Positions 16,274-25,300 of a DNA stretch of 32,000 nucleotides are shown here, in pieces. Source of the DNA: Elusimicrobiota bacterium (GTDB taxonomy: Bacteria > Elusimicrobiota > Elusimicrobia > UBA1565 > UBA9628); assembly GCA_027371715.1 (NCBI GenBank), contig DAHXMM010000022.1, positions 1 to 32,000 of the forward strand, given 5' to 3'. The position numbers and the translations under genes were made by a program. Each line of letters opens with the position of its first letter. Within the stretch, counting starts at the first letter, position 1. The notes under the pieces were generated by a model that was not told the origin of the DNA, ran no database searches, and saw only the letters and a program-made list of their open reading frames with translations.

Positions 16274-17427
16274 GCAGAAACCAAAGAGGCCGAGCGCATT
16301 TTTTGGACCGCGCTCGGGAAAGTTCGAATAAACCAACTGACTTCTTCTTGTTTTGTATTCCAACCGGTGGAAATGCGCAAAGCGCCCTTAATTAAATTTT
16401 TGGAAAGACCCATGGCCCGTAGAACATGGGAAGGACTTGAAAGTCCCGCAGCGCAAGCCGAGCCGGAAGAAACGCAAATTCTCTCCAAATCAAGGGCAAT
16501 CGACAAGGAATGCCCATCCACGCCTTCAATTGAGAAATTAGAAGTGTTCGGTAATCTTTTGGCCCCGGCGCCATTTAAAGTTACGCCTTCAACCGAAAGA
16601 CATGCCGTCTCAATTTGTTTTTGCCAAGCCAAATATTTGGATGAGTAGGATAAATCTGCAAAAGCTAATTTCGCCGCTTCTCCAAGGCTCACAATTCCCA
16701 CGACGTTTTCTGTTCCGCCTCGGCGTCTTTTTTCTTGAAGCCCCGAAATCAGCGGGAAAAGTTTGACTCCCTCTCGAACATAGAGCGCCCCCACGCCTTT
16801 AAGCGCTCCTAATTTATGTCCTGAGATGGACAATAAATCCACCCTCCAGGCCGCGGCTTTTATTTCAATTTTGCCAGCGGATTGAACCGCGTCGGAATGA
16901 AACAAAACGCCTTTTTCTCGGCAATAAGCCGCGATATTTTCAATGGGCTCAATCACCCCGGTCTCATTGTTGGCGTGCATGACCGAAACCAAAGCCGTCT
17001 CTTCGTCAATGGCATTAAAGAGAGAATCACAATCAATCAGCCCGTTTGAGTCTACCTGGGTTTCGTAAATTTTAAATCCTTGGCTGGACAAGACGGGGAG
17101 CATCTCCCGAATACTGTCATGTTCAACGGAACTGACGATAATCTTTTTCCGACCGCTGATCTGGAGAGAATGCCAAGCCGCCCCATAAAGAGCGGCGGAA
17201 TTAGCCTCTGATCCTGAGGAAGTAAAAACAATTTCTTGCGGGTTATTGGCCCCGACTAAACGCGCAACATCTTCTCGCGCCCACTCCACAGCCCGGCGCA
17301 CTTCTTGCCCTAAACGATAAGGACTATTGGGATTGGCAAAATTTTCTCTTAAATAAGGTTCAACGGCTCGTGACACCTCCGAGCGAATAGGGGCCGTCGC
17401 GTTATAATCCAGGTAAGCCACATCCAT
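16270..17427 (-). CDS. cysteine desulfurase (NifS/IscS class V aminotransferase)
   Basis: YLDYNATAP N-terminus, SISGHKLGALKGVGALYV (PLP lysine) and SSGSACAAG (catalytic Cys loop). The start is either ATG 17427 (preferred, gives MDVAYLDYNAT) or TTG 17436, which overlaps the upstream stop. Confidence 0.93.
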   Translation of the reverse strand: MDVAYLDYNATAPIRSEVSRAVEPYLRENFANPNSPYRLGQEVRRAVEWAREDVARLVGANNPQEIVFTSSGSEANSAALYGAAWHSLQISGRKKIIVSSVEHDSIREMLPVLSSQGFKIYETQVDSNGLIDCDSLFNAIDEETALVSVMHANNETGVIEPIENIAAYCREKGVLFHSDAVQSAGKIEIKAAAWRVDLLSISGHKLGALKGVGALYVREGVKLFPLISGLQEKRRRGGTENVVGIVSLGEAAKLAFADLSYSSKYLAWQKQIETACLSVEGVTLNGAGAKRLPNTSNFSIEGVDGHSLSIALDLERICVSSGSACAAGLSSPSHVLRAMGLSKNLIKGALRISTGWNTKQEEVSWFIRTFPSAVQKMRSASLVSA

Positions 17428-17432
17428 GGCAA

Positions 17433-18176
17433 TCAAGGGCCGAAACCAAACCCCTTAAAAAGACTATCTTCCGATTGCGCGGCGGGAGCGGGAGTTTCTT
17501 TTTTCTTCTTCGGAGAAGCGGGAGAAGCCGCGGGCGGCAAGGTTCCCGGCAAGGGAGAAGCGGCAGAACCTCCGGACAAGCTTCGAACCGGCGCCACGAT
17601 CACTTTCCTGATTCCCTCGGCAAAAACAATCATCCCGGTTTTTTCCTCGTAATAAAGCCTGAAGGGACTTTGTTTCATCTGCGGCTCATAAGCTTTTCCG
17701 AGATTGGATTTTTCTTCCTCCCACCCTGGGTTATAGACCAATTTTCCCCTGACGTCTACAATGCCATCAACGATGGGCAGAGAAAAACGAATCCGATAAA
17801 ATCCGTTTGAATCGCTGACCCCCGGATCAAAAGAACTAACCGCCAAAGCTTTTTCGCCCGTGTCAAATTGATCTTGATTTTCCTGTCCCTCAGCCGAAGC
17901 CACCGCGCGAACAACCACTCCCTGAATCGGGTTATCCGCGTAATCGGTGATCACTCCCTGAATATAGCCATCCAAGAACTCACTTTTTTTCGGGAGAGAG
18001 AAGAAAACATAATCATTGACTCCCGTTAATTTCTCAGTAATGGAGAGATCCACCACACGTCCTTCGGCGAAATCTAAAACGACAATTTTGCGCGGAGCTC
18101 CTCCGCAACCCCAAAAGACAAGTCCAACCGCCAAGAAAAATAGCGCTAAATGGGCGCAGGTTTTTATTTTTTTCAT
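17433..18176 (-). CDS. lipoprotein with carboxypeptidase-regulatory-like beta-sandwich motif and a Pro/Ala/Lys-rich tail
   Basis: ATGA overlap with the upstream gene. Signal peptide plus lipobox (VFWGC). GVITDYADNPIQGVVVRAV...SDSNGFYRIRF resembles CarboxypepD_reg-type domains. The C-terminus is low complexity (PLPGTLPPAASPASPKKKKETPAPAA). Confidence 0.65.
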   Translation of the reverse strand: MKKIKTCAHLALFFLAVGLVFWGCGGAPRKIVVLDFAEGRVVDLSITEKLTGVNDYVFFSLPKKSEFLDGYIQGVITDYADNPIQGVVVRAVASAEGQENQDQFDTGEKALAVSSFDPGVSDSNGFYRIRFSLPIVDGIVDVRGKLVYNPGWEEEKSNLGKAYEPQMKQSPFRLYYEEKTGMIVFAEGIRKVIVAPVRSLSGGSAASPLPGTLPPAASPASPKKKKETPAPAAQSEDSLFKGFGFGP

Positions 18177-19315
18177 AAGAAAGAACGCCGGAAAACAATA
18201 GCCGCGATTAGAATCGGCAAGAGACTAAGGGAAAGCCACCACCAAGCCAAATTTTCAGAGTCGGAAAGAGGCGGCAATTGCTTAAACGCAAGCGCGTTTA
18301 ATTTAGTCCTTGAAACGCTCGAGTTGAGAACGGGAGAAAAAGAAACAAAGAAATTCCACTTCGGATTTAAATCGGAAGGAGTCTGAGAGCGCAAACTTTG
18401 ATAGACGCCCTTAACCTGGTCAAACAATGAAAAATCTAAAATCCGCCGGGAAACGGTCATCACAATTAAAACTGGAAATCGGCCGATTAAGGAAATATCC
18501 GAAAGGAGATGAGCCCCCAAGCCGTTTCCGACCTTATAAGATTGAGGCAAAGTTTCCCACGAACGCAAAAAAAACTTATTATTGACGTCTTCAGGGGAAG
18601 GAATTTTTCCAACCGGAGAAACAGCCGGGTCTCGCCCCTGAGAAACCGACGACGCATAGTTAGGGACAGTCCCTAATTCTTCTGTTGTTGGCTCCTGGTT
18701 TGTCTGAGATGGAAAAGCTAAATTCAGTAAACCGGTGGAATTGGGGACTGTCCCTAACTCTCCCCCGGACAAATGTCGTTTCGAGCGCTCCTGAGATTTT
18801 CCCTGCGACAAAAGCCGCCACAAATCATCGCTGATTTGGCGACCTTTTTCCAGCGATTTTTTTGCGCCGTTTTCCCAAGCCTTCAAGTTTTGGAGCGGTT
18901 TCTTAAGCTCGAGTTCTCGGCGCCGAATATTTTTTGATAAAGGAGCATTTTGACTCCGGGGCGAAAGAACGGAAGAACCGGGCGTCAAAACAGGCTCGAC
19001 GTTGTTGGCCAACGGATGAGTTTCAGGCGATTTCAAGGTTAAATTGGGAGAAACCGGCAACGCGAAAAAAACTCCCGAGGGAATTGTTTGAGGAAGAGCG
19101 GATGGAGAAAACCCCGGAGTTAAAGTCGGTGATATTCCAATATCCGAAGGTAAACCCGCATTTTGAGGCAAGGTCCCTAAATTATCGGCTCCCAAAAAAG
19201 CCATCGGCATAACGCCATTAGAGCCTACGATGTTCCGCGAAAAAGCTCCGGCATGGAGGTTTCCTTTAAAAAAACAAAGGGCCAAGACTATCAGCGCCGA
19301 CGTTTTTATGTTCAT
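18173..19315 (-). CDS. secreted Pro/Ser/Thr-rich protein with C-terminal TM helix and basic tail; function unknown
   Basis: N-terminal signal peptide (MNIKTSALIVLALCFFKGNLHA). Internal ELGTVPN repeat. The C-terminus is LAWWWLSLSLLPILIAAIVFRRSFL. The gene starts 9 nt after the giant gene's stop, and the AAGGA SD-like motif lies immediately 5' of its ATG. Confidence 0.6.
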   Translation of the reverse strand: MNIKTSALIVLALCFFKGNLHAGAFSRNIVGSNGVMPMAFLGADNLGTLPQNAGLPSDIGISPTLTPGFSPSALPQTIPSGVFFALPVSPNLTLKSPETHPLANNVEPVLTPGSSVLSPRSQNAPLSKNIRRRELELKKPLQNLKAWENGAKKSLEKGRQISDDLWRLLSQGKSQERSKRHLSGGELGTVPNSTGLLNLAFPSQTNQEPTTEELGTVPNYASSVSQGRDPAVSPVGKIPSPEDVNNKFFLRSWETLPQSYKVGNGLGAHLLSDISLIGRFPVLIVMTVSRRILDFSLFDQVKGVYQSLRSQTPSDLNPKWNFFVSFSPVLNSSVSRTKLNALAFKQLPPLSDSENLAWWWLSLSLLPILIAAIVFRRSFL

Positions 19316-19324
19316 TCCTTAGAA

Positions 19325-22300
19325 TTATAGAACATTCTTTCTCCGCTTTTTCTTCTTAAAAAGCGTTCCGAGAACTCCCGCCGCGGAGCCAAGGAAAAGC
19401 ATGATTTTAGCGGCATAGGATAAAATCTTATCTTTAAGCGAAATCGCCGCATGCGGAATAAAAGAAACCTGAAGGGCGGGTTCTAGTTTTTCCAAGCGGC
19501 GAATGTAACGCCGCCACCAAGAAACCTGGCGCGTCAAGGCCGCATCTCGCGCCCGGTCGGATTTGAGGCGAGATTCGACTTCCTGTTGTGAAAGGACCCG
19601 AATTTCCCGTCCATAAACGTCTTCATGAAGCCGATCCGCCGCGGCTTTGACGCTTGAGTCCTGGGCCGCAGTTTCCTTTCTCATGCGCTCAATTTCAAGT
19701 TGTTTTTTCTTAAGACTCGCCAGGTCCTTTTTTCTCAACGGGAGTTCTTTCTCTGTTTGATTGACGTATCCATGAACCTCTTTGGAATCGGATTGATACT
19801 CTTGCGCCCCGGCTTCAATATGAACCGTTTTCTGCGCGCGGTTGACCCAAATATCCTCGGGATTTCCCGACAAAACGATTTTCCCCGATCCATCAGCCCG
19901 CGGAGACAAGCCCACCTCCTTATCGCTTAAAGCTTTCGCCAAGGCTTCCTCGCCCACAGACCCTTCTTTTTTAGATTCCTCATAGGTTTTTCTCCGGCCC
20001 TGCATCTCGTTAATGACAAACTCAGACACTCCTCCGTTAAAATGAGCGAGGGTCCTCAAGCGCGCGGCATTAATGTCTTCCTGGTAATAGCGAAGGAGTC
20101 GCTCTAAAAACAGAGCGCCAAAATGAACATTCGCATCTTTATAACGTCCGCTTAAAGACGCTTCGCTGTCTCCGGGCATGAGAGTCGAACGCCCGACGCG
20201 CAAATCAGACGGGAATTGGCTTAAATCGTAGTAAGGAGTGACCGGGTCCGGAAGAAAGTTAAGCACATCCAAGGCCCCCGCGATATTGCGGAAAAACCCG
20301 TGGTGTTCCGTCTCTCCGCCTTCAGTCTTATACATCGCGACGCGCCCAAGATAATGCTGAAATCTTGGATCTCGCCCCGCCCACTCCACGGGGAAACCCA
20401 CGATTTCGCGCGGGACCTCCATGATCAAACTTCCCCAACGCCAAGGCATCACGCCCCAGTATTTTTTGAACGGAAGATGGGAGGAAACGTTTTGAGCGCT
20501 CTTTTCCAAATAGCGCTGATTCAAAAGAACGGGTAATTCATCGATTCCTTCCTTCGACAAACGAGCCTTAATTTCGAGGGCAATGCGCTTCGCATAATCT
20601 TCCGGGCTTTCACCCTGTTTGCTTGGCATATCTTTCTTAACCGCGGCGGAAACCTTGGTTATTTCCTCTTGGATTTGACCTTGAGTCTGCCCCTCCCGTC
20701 CCACCCAAACTTCATAATGACTGACGCGCAAACCAGGGTTGAGCGTTTTTGCCTTCGCGTTAAATATGTTTTTCTTGCCGTCGATCGTCTTTGACTTCAA
20801 TGTCCAGGACTTGGCGGCCTGATCCATTCCCGAAGAACTGGTATAGTATTGTCTTAAGCGCCCTTCTGAATCCATGACGGCGGCATAAATCGGCCCGCGC
20901 ACATAGACGTCGGCTCTTTGAGGCGACAAGCGATCGTTCAAGACGGAACGGCCGTAAACCGGGGAAGCTTGGGCATGAAGAACCGTTCCACGGGAATCCA
21001 ACCCCAAAATCAAATCGCGGCTGCGGTAAAGACTCCAAGTTTTCGAGCGCTCTTTAATGGTATTGGCCTCTTTCACTTGTTTCTTGGCGTCCGTAAACAC
21101 CGCTTTCTGGAGTTTCAAATTATCGCGAGCCGTATCCAATTTTTTGGATAAGAAGCTGACGCGTTTTTGAGCGTCTTTATACTGGCCGTTAGAAGATAAC
21201 TCCTTCTTGGTTTCTTCGCCTATCCGTTGAGCGTAGTTCGCCGCCAATTCCTTGTTTTTCCGCGGATACCTCTCGAGAACTTTCTCTTTGATGCTTCTCT
21301 CCACCTCGTTTTCGGCCCGCACGGCTTCCAGCATTATTTTCTGAGCTTCTTTTTCCTTTTTATCCGACTCTCCCAGATCTTTCGCGGCCTTAATGAGGCG
21401 AATCTGCGCTTCCTTAATCCCCCCATCCGCATCCGAGAACGCTTTTTTAGCCGCGTCGAAATCATCCCGGCTGAGATAAACGTCCGAAACTTCTCCTTTT
21501 TCATTTCTCGCGAAACCATATCCCGCTAATTTTAGCTCCGCGTATCCGGCCCGAAGTTCCGCTTGGCGCCTGGTCTCGAAGAAATCCATCAAATCTCCGG
21601 CTCCTTTTTTGGAAAGATAGACTCGACTGAAATCTCCCTTTACAGAAGAAGCCTTGAGAGATTCGAGAGTCTGGAACTTATCCGAGGGCAAAGCCGTTTT
21701 TCCGGTATAGACATAAATTTCGTATTGATCCGGCGACCTCGCCCAAGCCGCCAAGGCCGGCAACCGGTAATGCAAAAGCCCTGGGTTCTTAGAATTGAAA
21801 GCCTCGAAGAAAAGAACCTTTCCGTTGCTTAAAAGGCCTTGGGCCCCGAAAAGTTCTTGAACGGAATAACCCTTTTGGCCGTCCTCCGAGGCAAAATCAT
21901 ATTGACTCAGGCGTTCCGCCAAATTGATGACGCGAGAATCGTCCTTGACGCCGCTATTTGCTTCTAGTTTTTGCCGCTCGAAAGCGTCCGCTCCCCTGAC
22001 GAACTCAACTTTCATATTCGATTTAAGGAAATAGCGCCCACCCACATCGACGATTTGATCGTCCCCCTTATACGCGGGAGAGGCGCGTTTGGCGAGTTCC
22101 TCTTGAGTCAACCAACCCTCCACCGCCCACAAACGGCGGCCGTCCTTATCCACGCGGGTTTGGGCGTAGAGCGGATACAGTTTGGAACCGTGCTTAAGCC
22201 AATCGGCCCTCTTATTTTCCAATTCGGAGATTTTGAGGGCGACGGCGTTGATGGACTGCTCCGAGCGCCCTTCCCATCGTTCGGCAAAAAGACGGGATTT

Positions 22301-25300
22301 TTCAAGCATAATCAAGGCGTCCAAGGCGAGAATTCCGCGCCCGGATTCTTTGGAATCAATCTGGCGATCAAGGCTCTTGTGAACGTCATAGAGAGCGTCG
22401 AGCGTGCGAATGAGTTCGGCATTTCCTTGAACCTCTTTTAGGTCCAAGGTTCGGATTAAATCCTCGTCAAAAATCTGCTGGGCCTTGAGATAATCGTCCA
22501 AAAGCCCGTCTTTCAAGATAAAATCGTCGTTTTTCAAGGGCGAGGCGAAATAAGAATCAATCAACGCGGCCTTGGACAAATCTAATTGTTGATGATCCGC
22601 TTCAAGAGACTTAAACGCGGCTTCGGCTCTTGGAGAAACGGCGACCGCATTCCAATACGCATTGCGAAGTTCCAAGGCGGCCTGGGAATATTCAGTCCGT
22701 TTTTGCTCGCTTGAACCTAGCTCCCGCTCCAAATCTCGGCGCAAAAACCCAAGCTGCGGATCTTTATTTTCAATCTCGGTTTTTAACGCCGCAAGGCTGA
22801 AAATCAAAAGATTTCTCTTTCCGCGAGCGTCATTTTGGGCCAAAAGGCGAAGTCTTTCTTCCGATGAAAAATCTTCCGCCGTAACATCCTTGGAATCTCG
22901 AATGGCGGTGCGGTAAAGGCGTGCCACCGAATCGACGGAATCAATTAACTGCTGGGAAATTCCCAAACCGTGGAGATAGCGATCCTGTCGAATTATAAAA
23001 TTTGGATCTTCCATGCGGTCCGCCCAATATCCCAGGAGTCCGCGTTCGGAGGGATTTTTAGGCAAATTAAGATCGCCCGAAGCCCGTTGTTTTCCCAAAC
23101 TGAGATTTTTAAGCGAGAGAGCCGTATCGGAGGATTGGCTTTCCTTTCCCAGGGCTTTTAGTTCCGCGACTAAGGAAACGAAATTAGATTTTAAATCCGC
23201 CGACTGAACAATCAATTTTTCCTGGGCTTGAATTAAATTTTTCCGGGCGTCCAAAACGTCTTGATGAGCCTTGAGCGAACCGGATTCATGCGCGGCGGTC
23301 CAGTCCTTCTGTTTCAAATCGTCAATAGCCGCGGCCAACAAACGGCTGTCGGCTTGAACTTCTTTCATTCCGCCGGAAACGCGGGTCATTTGAGTATAAA
23401 GAACCATCTCTAGCTTCTCGAACTGCCCCTGGGCCTTGAGCTGTTCGCGAATGGAATCAGACAATATATTGGTCAACCCGCGTTCGATTTCCTGCGGGTC
23501 GGGGGCTTCCAAAAATCCGCCAAAAACAGGAGTTCCGCGGAAAATGCCGAAAGCCGCAATCGGCGTAATTCCTTGATAACTCATGTGTTCGGACAAAACA
23601 TCGGCCCGGATTTGATCCATGAAAACGTCCTTATCATGACTGGGCCCCAAAGCGTCCAAACCAAGGATTTTGGCAATGCGCGCTTTTCCCTCCGGAGAAG
23701 CAATCTCTTGAACCAAGCGAGGCTCCCCTCCGGAAAATTCAGCGCCCGAGGCTTCCGGAACCAGCTTCGACAGCAAACGCAAGCGATCCTCCGCGGTCTG
23801 TCCCTGAGCCTTTGAAAGCCCCAACAGCGCCCAAATTTCTTCCGCTTGAGAGAAGGTTTTTTGGCGAACGGAATCAATCATTCCCGTCCAATCGACCCCG
23901 GTTTCCTTGCTCTGATGCGATTGAACCCATTTGAGAAAACGGACATTTTCCGCGAAAGCGGCCAGCTCCGCGTCCGCCAACGCCGCCGCGCGCTCGCGCG
24001 CGATTTGATCTAAGCGGTCAGCCTTATCCTCGGATAATTTGGCCAAGGCAATCAAATCCGGTTCCGGGGTACCCTTGCTTTTAAGGCGCAACTCAATCCA
24101 CGGTTCCAAAAAGCCTCGGTTAATCGGAGTTTCATCGAGAGTTTGCCGCGCGTAAAAATAGCGCATGAACATCTCCGCCGGAGCCTTGTCAAAACCAGGC
24201 GCGGGAATGGGGGGCAAGGAATCCAAGCGGGGAACGCGAGCCACTTTTTCCTCTCCGTCAATCAGACGACGTCTGAGAGCGGCGAAGCTATCGGGCATCG
24301 AAACGGAATGAGCTGAACTCCCCGAATCAACTCCAAGACTGAGAAGAGATGCTTGAATGACCGCCTTTTGTCCTTTTAACTCTTCCACCTTGGCCAAGCT
24401 AAAAGGATCTCCCTTGGCGGACAAACTCTGAATCTCGGAATCGAGCATTTGAAGCCTGACCTGGTCGCGCGCGCGGAGATTCGCCAAATGAGAATCGAAC
24501 GAATCTTGTTGCCTTTCTTCCGTCAAAAGCCTGAGACGCGCCGCCATCACTTTATCGGCGCGCCCCGAATCTTCCTCCGAAAGCGCGCTAATCAGGCGTC
24601 CGATAGTCCGAGCCGTCAAGGAAATTGGATCAGCCGAGACGTCTTGTACTTTCAAGTTTTTATCCACCATCTTTTGATAGGCCTTGGCCACTTGGACGCG
24701 CGCCTGAAAAATGGTCTTTTGGGCCGCGACCAAATTCTGCTCCTTAAGCGTTTCTTGAAGCTGTTGGTAAGCCTTTTCCGGAGAGATGTCAATGGACAAG
24801 ACGGAATCCGCCGGTCGCCCCATCAAGACGTTGAGCGCCGAATGAGCCTCGTCGTTGGTTAAAACCATTTGAGCGCGCGACAATTTCGCGTTAAAAATTT
24901 CCTTTTTAATTTGGCTGACTTTCGCACGATCGCCGGAGGACTCAGCCCGGGACAATTCCCTTTGAAGCGCGGGAAGCGCCTGTTGGTCGATTTGAGCGAT
25001 GGCCGATTGCGCGGCCTTGGCCTCGACGATATCCTGATACATTTGAAGGGCCGTCTCGACTTTGAGCTTGGACTCCAAGGCCCCGTAATAGGCGGACTGC
25101 CCCTTGTCGGCCTTGACTTGCAGTTCTTTAAGTTCTTCCGGCTGAAAGCGGGCTCCTGGAATCGGCAGAATCGGAAATCCGGTAAAGCCGAAAGAAGGCA
25201 AAAACCCGGTGCCGGTCGCGGTCAAATCCACTCCGATCATCAAATTAATCCAAAATTTTTGAGTGACATGATTGTCGGCTTTCGCCAATGCCTCAAACTC

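Noticed and set aside
16274-16363. 30-codon N-terminal extension of mnmA (MEYKTRRSQ...).
   Set aside because: It overlaps the 3' end of the desulfurase gene. The conserved PP-loop begins right after M31, and ATG 16273 gives a canonical ATGA stop-start overlap.
15896-16648. 250-aa plus-strand ORF.
   Set aside because: It is antisense to the well-supported mnmA and cysteine desulfurase genes. It has no recognisable motifs and a basic low-complexity composition.
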